A stretch of 64,000 nucleotides of DNA from an uncultured Bacteroides sp. (GCA_944320945.1 CALUJK010000072.1:2477-66476); one strand, 5' to 3'. Positions 30,563 through 39,660 are shown, counted from the stretch's first letter. Numbers and translations are program-made. The notes: generated by a model from the letters alone, not told the origin.

Positions 30563-31519
30563 TCACTGCAACATTTTTTCTTTCCCGCAGAACCAACGTG
30601 ACACCCGACATCTGTCCATCACCCACGCTATGCCCAGACTGCCCGCCAGCGTAAACGCCGTAGCCAGACAAAGAAACAGCATCCCCGTCGGGTCAAATGC
30701 CAGAAAAGGCAAGAAGCTTTTGGAAAGAATCGTAAACAAGGGAGAGAACAGCAAAATCGGCAACGTATTACGCCCTATCATCAAGAAAGAAGATAATATC
30801 CGTTGGGGCAAACGCTGATACGTCCACAGCAGGAAGCAAATGACACAATACGTTATCACCATCCCGCCGGGTGTAAAACGGTTCAAATTCACCGGAAAGC
30901 AGCATAGCACCACCGCCGGCACAATGGCCCATACCAACGGTGGGAAACAATCGAGAAACGACCGTCCGCTCCGTCGTACCGCCGCTCCCACCAGAAAATA
31001 GAAAGCATTCGCCGGCGAACACAGATGCAGCCCATAAGAAACGCCCGCCAATACAACACCCAGCACAACAATAAACGGCAACAGATGCAACCGCGTTCCT
31101 AATCGGTGAACCGCATAGTACAACAAGCTACACAGCACCAGCGTATGCAGATACCAATAAGGGCCGATAGGTGACAGCAACACCTTCTCCATCAGCAGCG
31201 GAAACGTCAAGTGTCCGATATGTTCCCTGACGGGCAATAAGGAAGCCCCCAGCACATAGGCAGCCTCCATCACCGCATAAGGAATGAATATCCACCCCAT
31301 GTTGCGCAGAAAGGGACGCACCTCTTTCCGCACATTCAGCAAGTAGCCGGACAAAACGAGGAAAGCAGGCATGTGGAACGTATAAACCACCTGCTTGGCA
31401 TACGGGTATTTATCTCCGATATATACCAAATGAAATATCACCATCAGGGTGATAAAAATACATTTCAAGTAGTCCAACTGATCAATACGTCGGACACTCT
31501 TCTCCATAAGTGTTGTCAT
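30563..31519 (-). CDS. Acyltransferase family 3 (membrane O-acyltransferase)
   Basis: RIDQLDYLK...MVIFH, FHMPAFLVLSGY, YWYL. Confidence 0.88.
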   Translation of the reverse strand: MTTLMEKSVRRIDQLDYLKCIFITLMVIFHLVYIGDKYPYAKQVVYTFHMPAFLVLSGYLLNVRKEVRPFLRNMGWIFIPYAVMEAAYVLGASLLPVREHIGHLTFPLLMEKVLLSPIGPYWYLHTLVLCSLLYYAVHRLGTRLHLLPFIVVLGVVLAGVSYGLHLCSPANAFYFLVGAAVRRSGRSFLDCFPPLVWAIVPAVVLCCFPVNLNRFTPGGMVITYCVICFLLWTYQRLPQRILSSFLMIGRNTLPILLFSPLFTILSKSFLPFLAFDPTGMLFLCLATAFTLAGSLGIAWVMDRCRVSRWFCGKEKMLQ

Positions 31520-31533
31520 GCAAAATATTCCGA

Positions 31534-32451
31534 TTAGCACTTATCCGAAGCCATCAGACACGCCATAGCAATGTTATAATATTTTGACAAACCGCTATCA
31601 CTACGCGAAGGCAGAATGACCGGACATGTCGGCCCTTGCAACAATCCTGCCATGTCGGCGTGACTGAAAAGCGATACTGCCTTGTAGAAAGCATTACCGG
31701 ACTCTATATTAGGGAAAATCAACACATCGGCATCCCCGCCAATGGGCGAAGCAATGCCCTTAATATCGCCGCTCGTCTTTTCGCAAGCAGTTTTCACGTC
31801 CAGCGGACCGTCGATAATCACGTCTCCAAACTCGCCTGCCTCTGCCAGTTCCACAATGTTCACATAGTCCAGTGAGTGAGGAAATTTGGCACTGACCTTT
31901 TCCGTACAGTGTATCAAAGCGATGCGCGGATGCTCAATGCCGAAACGGCGACAGGTGTGGATGGCATACCATATCATTTCGATGCGCTGCTGTAACGTGG
32001 GACGGGGAATGACAGCAGCATCCGAAAAAAACAGTAGTTTGTGGTACGTTGGAATCTGCATCACTGCCAGATGAGTCAACACCTTGCCTCGCGGCAACAG
32101 CCCTTTCTCCTTATCCAGGATGGCATGCAGCAGATTATCCGTATTGATGATGCCTTTCATCAGGATGTCCGCCCCACCTTCGCGCACAATGCGCACAGCC
32201 TGTCGGGCAGCTTCGTCCGGGTCTTCCACATGGATGGTACGCACATAGTCGGGATAACGTTTCAAGGTGGAATACTTTTCCAGAATAGCAGAATTGCCTA
32301 TCATCAGGAATTCGGCAATCCCCTCTTCCAAGGCACGTGCTATGGCATACTCCGTATTCGGATCGTTGGCACAAACCACGGCGATGCGCTGCCGTCGGTT
32401 TAATGATTGCAAATGGTCGGTAAGTTGTTGAAAGGTTCTAATAGGTTGCAT
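31534..32451 (-). CDS. ptb: Phosphate butyryltransferase
   Basis: ADILMKG, SDAAVIP, DGPLD, PNIESGNAFYK, SRSDS. Confidence 0.85.
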   Translation of the reverse strand: MQPIRTFQQLTDHLQSLNRRQRIAVVCANDPNTEYAIARALEEGIAEFLMIGNSAILEKYSTLKRYPDYVRTIHVEDPDEAARQAVRIVREGGADILMKGIINTDNLLHAILDKEKGLLPRGKVLTHLAVMQIPTYHKLLFFSDAAVIPRPTLQQRIEMIWYAIHTCRRFGIEHPRIALIHCTEKVSAKFPHSLDYVNIVELAEAGEFGDVIIDGPLDVKTACEKTSGDIKGIASPIGGDADVLIFPNIESGNAFYKAVSLFSHADMAGLLQGPTCPVILPSRSDSGLSKYYNIAMACLMASDKC

Positions 32452-32543
32452 ATATGACTTGTTTTTAGCAAATATCCGAAAAAATGCTGAGAATCTACCA
32501 TATTTATGTACTTTTGTGGGAAATATTACGTAATATAAGACAC

Positions 32544-33497
32544 ATGAACAGCCTCATCTATCCTCCGTATTTGCACGAAGGCGACCAAGCGGTGATTTTG
32601 TCTCCTTCCGGCAAAATAGACAAGCATTTCCTGACGGGTGCTGCGGCACGTCTGAAATCATGGGGACTGCAAGTGACCCTCGCACGCCATGCGGGCAGTG
32701 AGCATGGCAATTATGCCGGCACCATCCGTCAACGGTTGGGAGACTTGCAGCAGGCGCTGGATGATGAACAAGTCAAACTTATCCTTTGCAGCCGGGGCGG
32801 CTATGGTGCCGTGCATCTGGCTGAAAAATTAGACTTCACCCGCTTTCGCGAACATCCCAAATGGCTGGTTGGGTTCAGCGACATCACAGTGTTGCATAAT
32901 TTATTGCAGGCAAACGGGTTTGCCTCACTTCATGCTCCTATGGCACGCCATCTGACGGTAGAACCTGAGGATGACTTCTGCACCTGTGCCTTGAGAAACA
33001 TCCTATTCGGCCGTGCCAATATGGACCAAGGCTATCGCTATACGGCTTCTGCACACAAGCTGAACAGACAAGGAACAGCAAGCGGTATTCTGCGCGGTGG
33101 TAATTTGGCCGTATTCTACGGGCTGAGGGGCACGCCGTGGGATATTCCCGCCGAAGGTACCATCCTCTTCATCGAAGATGTAGGCGAACGGCCACATGCT
33201 GTAGAGCGTATGCTCTACAACCTGAAACTGGGCGGTGTGTTGAAACGTTTATCCGGTCTCATCGTAGGACAATTCACCGAATACGAAGAAAATTATTCGC
33301 TGGGCAAGGACTTGTACGGCGCCATAGCCGACTTGGTAAAGGAGTACGATTATCCCGTCTGCTTCGACTTCCCCGTGGGACATGTCACCCGTAACCTGCC
33401 GCTTATCAACGGGGCGGAGACTGTGCTCGAAGTGGCAAAGAGGGAGGTCCGACTCACCTTATCCATGCCTGACGATTCTGAAACGATACATGTATAA
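32544..33497 (+). CDS. LD-carboxypeptidase (peptidase S66)
   Basis: SRGGYGA, GFSDIT, GGNL, FIEDVGE, FPVGH. Confidence 0.92.
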   Translation: MNSLIYPPYLHEGDQAVILSPSGKIDKHFLTGAAARLKSWGLQVTLARHAGSEHGNYAGTIRQRLGDLQQALDDEQVKLILCSRGGYGAVHLAEKLDFTRFREHPKWLVGFSDITVLHNLLQANGFASLHAPMARHLTVEPEDDFCTCALRNILFGRANMDQGYRYTASAHKLNRQGTASGILRGGNLAVFYGLRGTPWDIPAEGTILFIEDVGERPHAVERMLYNLKLGGVLKRLSGLIVGQFTEYEENYSLGKDLYGAIADLVKEYDYPVCFDFPVGHVTRNLPLINGAETVLEVAKREVRLTLSMPDDSETIHV

Positions 33498-33536
33498 AGC
33501 ATTATGCGCACGAAAAGGAAAATATACAGATACATT

Positions 33537-34541
33537 ATGAAGAAAACAAACGCTCTCATTTCGCTGTTCATCCTGCTCTTGACAGGAGGTTCATGCAATA
33601 GTAACAAAAGTGCCGAAAGCAAAAGCGCCTCTACACCGTGGACTGAAGAAGAACTAGCGGTCAGCGTACCGGCATTCCATGCCGACAGCGCCTACCGATA
33701 TGTGGCCGAACAGGTAGCATTCGGTCCCCGCGTGCCTAACAGTACCGCCCATCGTGCCTGTGGAGACTACTTAGTGAAGAAACTGACCCAACTAGGTGCA
33801 CAAGTGCACACACAGGACATGGACCTCGTAGCATACGACGGCACACTGCTCAAAGCACGTAACATCATCGGCGTTTACAAGCCAGATACCAAACGACGTA
33901 TCGCCCTCTTTGCCCATTGGGACAGCCGTCCTTGGGCGGACGATGACCCCAAAAAGAAAAACCGTTATACTCCCGTGCCCGGTGCCAACGACGGTGCCAG
34001 CGGTGTAGGTGTTCTGTTAGAAATCGCCCGCAACCTGCAACAGCAACAGCCGGAACTGGGTATTGACATCATCTTGCTGGATGCCGAAGACTACGGACCG
34101 CACCAATCCTACAAAGGGGCACACAAGGAAGAGTTTTGGGCACTTGGTGCACAGTATTGGGCCAAGAATCCCCACGTACAGGGTTACAATGCCCGTTTCG
34201 GCATCCTGCTAGACATGGTAGGAGGGGAAAACAGTTCTTTCTTCTACGAAGGATATTCCGAAAGCTATGCCAAGGGCATCAACCGTAAAGTGTGGAATGC
34301 CGCCCACAATGCCGGCTTCGGCAGTTACTTCATCCAAGAGCAAGGAACAACGGTGACCGATGACCATGTGTTTGTCAACCGTTATGCACGCATTCCCACC
34401 ATTGACATCATCTCCACCGATGCCGACGGTGGTTTCTACCGTTACTGGCACACCGTAAAGGACGACATGGATGGCATAGACCGCAACACACTGAAAGCCG
34501 TAGGCCAGACGGTGATGGAGGTCATTTACAGAGAAAAATAA
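33537..34541 (+). CDS. M28-family lipoprotein (glutaminyl cyclase-like)
   Basis: Lipobox GGSC; AHWDSR, GANDGASG, DAEDYG, DDH, WHT. Confidence 0.85.
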   Translation: MKKTNALISLFILLLTGGSCNSNKSAESKSASTPWTEEELAVSVPAFHADSAYRYVAEQVAFGPRVPNSTAHRACGDYLVKKLTQLGAQVHTQDMDLVAYDGTLLKARNIIGVYKPDTKRRIALFAHWDSRPWADDDPKKKNRYTPVPGANDGASGVGVLLEIARNLQQQQPELGIDIILLDAEDYGPHQSYKGAHKEEFWALGAQYWAKNPHVQGYNARFGILLDMVGGENSSFFYEGYSESYAKGINRKVWNAAHNAGFGSYFIQEQGTTVTDDHVFVNRYARIPTIDIISTDADGGFYRYWHTVKDDMDGIDRNTLKAVGQTVMEVIYREK

Positions 34542-34560
34542 TTAAAAGCATCAAATCATT

Positions 34561-34980
34561 ATGAGCATTGACGAAGCACAAGATGAAATTATCGCCGAAT
34601 TCAGCGATTTTGAAGACTGGATGGACCGTTACCAACTTCTCATTGATTTAGGTAATGAGCAACTTCCGCTCGACGAACAGTATAAAACCGACCAGAACCT
34701 GATAGAGGGCTGCCAAAGCCGTGTGTGGCTGCAAGCCGACGAAGTGGACGGACGCCTCGTGTTCCAAGCTGAGAGTGACGCCCTCATCGTGAAAGGCATC
34801 ATCGCCCTCCTCATCAAGGTATTGTCCGGACATACACCGGACGAGATTCTGAATGCCGACCTCTATTTTATTGACCGCATCGGATTGCGTGAACATCTGT
34901 CACCCACACGCAGCAACGGACTGCTCTCTATGGTGAAGCAGATGCGGATGTATGCGTTGGCGTTCAAGGCGAAGAATTAG
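34561..34980 (+). CDS. sufE: SufE Fe-S cluster assembly sulfur acceptor
   Basis: DRYQLLIDLG, GCQSRVW, SDALIVKG, LSPTRSNGL. Confidence 0.95.
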   Translation: MSIDEAQDEIIAEFSDFEDWMDRYQLLIDLGNEQLPLDEQYKTDQNLIEGCQSRVWLQADEVDGRLVFQAESDALIVKGIIALLIKVLSGHTPDEILNADLYFIDRIGLREHLSPTRSNGLLSMVKQMRMYALAFKAKN

Positions 34981-35075
34981 TTGACGAGGGGACGAGTGGA
35001 CGAGGCCACAAGGGGGGGGTGAGACATAAGAACAAAATCCTTGTGACCTCGTCCACTCGTCCCCTCGTCAACTAA
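34977..35075. repeat. 37-bp near-perfect inverted repeat (REP-like) with internal 8-nt GACGAG periodicity
   Basis: Arms 34977-35013 and 35039-35075 with 1 mismatch and a 25-nt loop, between convergent genes. Confidence 0.9.
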
Positions 35076-35078
35076 AAC

Positions 35079-35285
35079 TCAATCCGCCCGATACTCCAGA
35101 ATATCCCCCGGCTGACAATCCAGTTCCTTGCAGATAGCCTCCAGTGTAGAGAAGCGGACGGCACGCGCTTTCCCCGTCTTTAAGATAGAAAGATTAGCAG
35201 GAGTGATGCCGATACGTTCGGCCAAATCGCCCAAAGCAACTTTGCGGCGCGCCATCATGACGTCCAGATTTACGATAATAGCCAT
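35079..35285 (-). CDS. Xre/YozG-like HTH transcriptional regulator
   Basis: MAIIVNLDVMMARRK...NLSILKTGKARAVRFSTLEAICKELDCQPGDILEY. Confidence 0.92.
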   Translation of the reverse strand: MAIIVNLDVMMARRKVALGDLAERIGITPANLSILKTGKARAVRFSTLEAICKELDCQPGDILEYRAD

Positions 35286-35286
35286 A

Positions 35287-35538
35287 TTACTCGTCCCCTC
35301 CTTTCTGTGCATCCAAAATCTTCCACCACGATGTTTTGCTACGGCTCAGACGATAGAAAGCATACATCCAGCCGTACATCCACAACACGAAGAGAGTGGT
35401 TCTCAATCCTTTCTGTCCTTCATCAAACAAAGGGTAAAAGCCGAGCAAGAATATCACTTCCGACAGTATCAAAGTCAACATAAAGCCCCCTATCAGGTAA
35501 AGAACGGCTTTCAATTTTCGTTTCGTATCTTTTTTCAT
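35287..35538 (-). CDS. Small 2-TM membrane protein
   Basis: 83 aa, basic N-terminus, two hydrophobic segments, operon-internal. Confidence 0.7.
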   Translation of the reverse strand: MKKDTKRKLKAVLYLIGGFMLTLILSEVIFLLGFYPLFDEGQKGLRTTLFVLWMYGWMYAFYRLSRSKTSWWKILDAQKGGDE

Positions 35539-35587
35539 TGCAATTCAGGTTTTAATTGGTTAGTTTAGTCTTCCTGCCTCCTCCTTT

Positions 35588-36046
35588 TCATACGGTCAAA
35601 TCCTGCTCTTCCTTCATACGGATGCCTATCTTGAACAAGCAAGCGATAAACAGGATGAATACCCCTATAATCATAAACATGATATCGCTATAGGCTTTCG
35701 TAATATTCTCATACACAAGATTATTAATAACATTCTGCGCAATGCCGCCAAACACGGTGACACAGCCGATAACCGTCACCAGGTTGGCATTCTTATGGGT
35801 AAACACACGACGGTGTTTCACTTCCCGCATGATAACGATGACCGTCACACCACACACCAGCGCCACAGCCAGATTCACACCACGCGTCACCAGCATCCAC
35901 GCATCCATCGTACCTTCCATCCAGTCCACCACCGACAAGATGGTACGCAGCATCTCAGTCAGTACGCCGCAGCCACACACTATTGCCAGACACATCATTA
36001 CGAACTCCAGTTCGCGTTTTTCGTCTTTTTCCGTCATAGGTTTCAT
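35588..36046 (-). CDS. DUF2975-family membrane protein
   Basis: 4 TM, VFTHKNA, C-terminal IGIRMKEEQDLTV. Confidence 0.88.
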   Translation of the reverse strand: MKPMTEKDEKRELEFVMMCLAIVCGCGVLTEMLRTILSVVDWMEGTMDAWMLVTRGVNLAVALVCGVTVIVIMREVKHRRVFTHKNANLVTVIGCVTVFGGIAQNVINNLVYENITKAYSDIMFMIIGVFILFIACLFKIGIRMKEEQDLTV

Positions 36047-36070
36047 ATCGTTTTCTCCTTTCCGACACCG

Positions 36071-36775
36071 TTAAATGGTCAAATCCTGCTCCTCCTTCAT
36101 GCGCAGGCCGATGGCAAACACCTCGCCCACAATCAGTGCACAGAGTCCCAACAAGAGCGAAGTCGTCGAACACATATCGCTGAGTGACAAATCGTACCCG
36201 TCCATTGCAAACACCTCTTCCACGCGGATGCAGGTCAGATAGGCCAGCAGGAACGAACAGCCATAGACTACCAGCAACAGAATGCCCAAACGCCGCAACC
36301 GGCGGACGTTACGCCAGTTAAAGATGTCCGAACGGTTGATGGCCACTATCAGCCGGATAAAAAGAATCAGCGCCCAAACGGTGCTCACCGCCGCCAAGAT
36401 ACCCGTCAGACCGGAAACAGCCGAATAAAAAACATTCTCAGGCTTCTCCACACTGACGACGACAGCCCCATAGACCACCGGCACATACGCCTTGCTTTTC
36501 ACATTGTACACCGAATCGAGAAACAAAGACGTATCTTCTCCCTTCATTGCACGAGGCACCAAGCTGATGGCTTCCATATTCGTCATTCGACTGATTTGAC
36601 GGGCAGCCATCACAGAATCGACCGGCGACCCCGCCTCGTCCAACTGACGGGCATGTTCATAACCGGTTTTGGCGCCTATCCAGGCACCCATCGTCAGGTA
36701 GTAGCCCGCCTCTACCACCGAGTAGCCCATCACCAACAAGATGATGACGCACAAAATGTTCAATCTCTTTTTCAT
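36071..36775 (-). CDS. DUF2975-family membrane protein
   Basis: IFNWRNVRRLR, C-terminal IGLRMKEEQDLTI. Confidence 0.88.
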   Translation of the reverse strand: MKKRLNILCVIILLVMGYSVVEAGYYLTMGAWIGAKTGYEHARQLDEAGSPVDSVMAARQISRMTNMEAISLVPRAMKGEDTSLFLDSVYNVKSKAYVPVVYGAVVVSVEKPENVFYSAVSGLTGILAAVSTVWALILFIRLIVAINRSDIFNWRNVRRLRRLGILLLVVYGCSFLLAYLTCIRVEEVFAMDGYDLSLSDMCSTTSLLLGLCALIVGEVFAIGLRMKEEQDLTI

Positions 36776-36790
36776 ATCCTTTTCTTATTT

Positions 36791-37570
36791 TTATTCATCA
36801 TTCAACGAAAGCCGTTGCAACTGCCATACGGCCAGCAGGAAAAGCGGTATCGACACTCCCACACAAATGGCATAAGCCGTAGTCCCCATAATATCCACCG
36901 TCAGTTCCGCATCGGGAAACTGCAAACTTCCCCACACAGACAGACTGTTATTCAAGATATGTACCACGATGCACGGCACTAGACTGCGAGTCCGATAGTA
37001 CAACCATCCTAAGAAGAAGCCCGAAAAACTGGCGGCAACTATCTGTACCGGATTCATGTGGTAAATGCCAAACAACAATCCGGACAACACAATGGCCACC
37101 CACGGTTTGTAGCGCGACAACAGCAGCTTCGTCACCGTGCCCCGGAAAAGCAGTTCTTCCACAATGGGGCCAAAGATACAAATTCCCAAAATACCGACCC
37201 AACTACCCTGCAACATATCAAACGTCGATTCCGTCCAGTCCGGCAGGAAAGTAAGCAGTGACATCACGGCGTCTATCAGCATGATGGCCGTCACGCCCGC
37301 CACACATGTCCACCCCAAACAGCGCACCGATGTAGGCGCATACAGTCGGCTGTCCCCCGACAGATATTTGCCCTGCCACAGATAAAGCGCCACCAGTGCA
37401 AACCCCAGCCATATGCTAAGTACCGCAGCCGCACTGCTCATGGGTACTTTTTCCAGCCCCTCAGCACCGTGAACCACCAGATAATAGGCCGCCACAAAAA
37501 TACCGGCAAACAGATTACCCACCAGTAGCAACAGGCAGCTTATCAAGATTGTCTTTATCGCTTTCCACAT
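36791..37570 (-). CDS. CPBP (CAAX/Abi) intramembrane metalloprotease
   Basis: GPIVEELLFRG, FGIYH, HILNN motifs. Confidence 0.93.
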   Translation of the reverse strand: MWKAIKTILISCLLLLVGNLFAGIFVAAYYLVVHGAEGLEKVPMSSAAAVLSIWLGFALVALYLWQGKYLSGDSRLYAPTSVRCLGWTCVAGVTAIMLIDAVMSLLTFLPDWTESTFDMLQGSWVGILGICIFGPIVEELLFRGTVTKLLLSRYKPWVAIVLSGLLFGIYHMNPVQIVAASFSGFFLGWLYYRTRSLVPCIVVHILNNSLSVWGSLQFPDAELTVDIMGTTAYAICVGVSIPLFLLAVWQLQRLSLNDE

Positions 37571-37610
37571 ATCATCTGTTCATTTACATTCATGTAATCT
37601 AAACTTTCCC

Positions 37611-37703
37611 TTAACAGGCGGGAACCGCCATGCCCACCAACATCAAAACGGCAGTAGCAAGAGAAAGAACCAGGAGCGCAACGCTCATTAATGCATTTTT
37701 CAT
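37611..37703 (-). CDS. 30-aa hydrophobic small protein (not in ORF track)
   Basis: MKNALMSVALLVLSLATAVLMLVGMAVPAC*; A-rich translation-initiation region; fills the gap between operon genes. Confidence 0.6.
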   Translation of the reverse strand: MKNALMSVALLVLSLATAVLMLVGMAVPAC

Positions 37704-37729
37704 TGTTGACAATAGTTTTTAAATGAGAA

Positions 37730-37897
37730 TTATCTGCCCATCCAAGCATCTGCTATGGCGTGCTTCATATCGATATACGCATCATTTAACAAAAGTACCA
37801 TGACGTAAACGGCTATAAAGATAACAGCGCCTTTTACCACGTTTTTCGCACAGCTTTTCAGCGTGTTCTTCGTGCGAGATTGTTTCATTGTATTCAT
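37730..37897 (-). CDS. ~55-aa single-TM small protein
   Basis: MNTMKQSRTKNTLKSCAKNVVKGAVIFIAVYVMVLLLNDAYIDMKHAIADAWMGR; first ORF after the promoter. Confidence 0.6.
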   Translation of the reverse strand: MNTMKQSRTKNTLKSCAKNVVKGAVIFIAVYVMVLLLNDAYIDMKHAIADAWMGR

Positions 37898-37931
37898 ACC
37901 TTTATTCTTTTTATGGTTAATTCTTTCTCTT

Positions 37932-38032
37932 GTTTGAAACTCGATATTCATTTACCGTTTTTCGATATGCAAAGAAAAGAACTTTTTTTGAAACCGCCAA
38001 AGGAAACATGAAAAAATTATCGAAATTCAATA
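37932..38032 (-). promoter_or_regulatory. Promoter with imperfect TATCG-N5-CGATA palindromes (candidate Xre operators)
   Basis: Sites at 37932-37946, 37953-37967 and 38018-38032 flank a TTTG-N21-TTTCTTTG promoter. Confidence 0.55.
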
Positions 38033-38171
38033 TAATATTATTAGAAAAGAGATACAAAGTGGCTTTCAACGGCTTTTGAGGAGGGGATACTGCTCTTTCT
38101 AAACATCTAAACTAAGCACAAATACATGAGGATTTTCAATATATTTTCGAAAATCGACCTCTCCTTCACCC

Positions 38172-38372
38172 ATTTGTATAGATACATTACTTCGCGGAAA
38201 CAGAGCCTCAAGCCCGCTCAGAAGGTGCTGTGACGGGGCTTTGTTCCGAAGCCTTTCGGAGCACGAACGAAATTAACTTGGAGCACGCTCGCAAAGGCTT
38301 GGAAACACGACCCGAAAGGCTTCGGAGCAAACGGCCTGCTATACGGCATCCTTCTTGTACACATATTTTATT
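38172..38372 (+). repeat. Dispersed ~202-bp structured repeat, copy 2
   Basis: TTTGTATAGATACATTAC...CTCAGAAGG...TTTGTTCCGAAGCCTTTCGG...CCGAAAGGCTTCGGAGCAAA...CATATTTTATT. Confidence 0.9.
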
Positions 38373-38425
38373 ATCCGCACTTTATTAACCGAGAAACAAA
38401 CCGGAGAAACGAACAAAACAGGCAC

Positions 38426-38502
38426 AAAAAAACCGGAAAGTACCCCCATACTTTCCGGCCAATGCAGTCAAAATCGACCTTAATCAATTATTAACCTAAC
38501 AC
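38426..38502 (-). ncRNA. Candidate ~77-nt sRNA (or buk 3' UTR) ending in an intrinsic terminator
   Basis: Perfect -7 box TATCTTTG (38507-38514), about 45 nt of ORF-free sequence, hairpin 38433-38458 plus U7. Confidence 0.45.
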
Positions 38503-38577
38503 GCGGCAAAGATAAACGTTTTTTTTCGGAATTCACTGTCTTTCACCCTAAAAAGTAGGAAAGAGTCTACATTTTCC

Positions 38578-39660
38578 TCATTCGTAAACCTGCACCGGCA
38601 GCTCTCCCCGCAAGGCACCCAAAGCATTCAGCGCCAACGCTTCCATTTCATCCTCACCCGGATATACATAGACGGACGCCAGGAACTCTACACGTCTGCG
38701 CAAACGAGAAACGATGTAGTCGGCATGCGCCATACCGCCTGTCAACAGGATGGCATCTACCTGCCCGCACAGCACTGTGGCAGCGGCACCGATACTCTTC
38801 GCCACCTGATATATCATGGCATCCAGCACCAAAGCAGCATGTGCGTCGCCCTCGTCAATACGCTTGATGATAGCCTGCACATCCGTAGTGCCCAAATGGG
38901 CGGCCAGTCCGGCACGACCGGAAATGCGCTTCTTTAAATCACTTTGGGAAAACTGCCCCGAAAAGCAGAGGTCTATCAGACTGCCGGCGGGCAATGTTCC
39001 GGCACGTTCGGGGGAAAACGGGCCTTCGCCATCCAAGGCATTGTTGACATCGACACAACGCCCGTGTCGATGGGTGCCGATGGAAATGCCACCACCTAAA
39101 TGGCAAATAATCAGATTCAGGTCTTCGTAACGTACAGGACAGTCGGGATGGAGTGCCGTCTGCTCGGTGGCAAAACGACGGGCAATGGCCCGTTGATTCA
39201 AAGCGTGCCAGATGGTGATGCGCGGCATCAATGGCGAACCGGTGATGCGGGCTACCTCGTCCAGTTCGTCCACCACACCGGGGTCGGCTATAAAGGCACG
39301 GCAATGGGGCATGGTCACTGCCAGTTCCACCGCAATCAGGCATCCTAAGTTGCAGGCGTGGGAACGCATGGCATGGACAATATCGTTCAGCATGGCGTCG
39401 TTCACCTCGTACACGCCGCCGGGAATCGGTTTCAGCAGTCCGCCGCGTCCCACCACGGCATCGAAAGCCATCGGGATGCCGGCGCCTGCCAGTTCGGCAA
39501 GCACCAGATTCTTACGAAATTCAAACTGGTCAATGATACGGGGATATTTCATCAGTTCTTCCACCGAGTGACGCAGGGTGCGCACCAGCACCGGGCGTTC
39601 GTCTTCATAGACGGCCATCTTGGTGGAAGTGGAGCCGGGATTGACAACAAGTATTTTCAT
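38578..39660 (-). CDS. buk: Butyrate kinase
   Basis: VNPGSTSTK, GRGGLLKP, HALNQRA, HLGGGIS, GPFSPERAG, YPGEDEMEALA. Confidence 0.96.
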   Translation of the reverse strand: MKILVVNPGSTSTKMAVYEDERPVLVRTLRHSVEELMKYPRIIDQFEFRKNLVLAELAGAGIPMAFDAVVGRGGLLKPIPGGVYEVNDAMLNDIVHAMRSHACNLGCLIAVELAVTMPHCRAFIADPGVVDELDEVARITGSPLMPRITIWHALNQRAIARRFATEQTALHPDCPVRYEDLNLIICHLGGGISIGTHRHGRCVDVNNALDGEGPFSPERAGTLPAGSLIDLCFSGQFSQSDLKKRISGRAGLAAHLGTTDVQAIIKRIDEGDAHAALVLDAMIYQVAKSIGAAATVLCGQVDAILLTGGMAHADYIVSRLRRRVEFLASVYVYPGEDEMEALALNALGALRGELPVQVYE

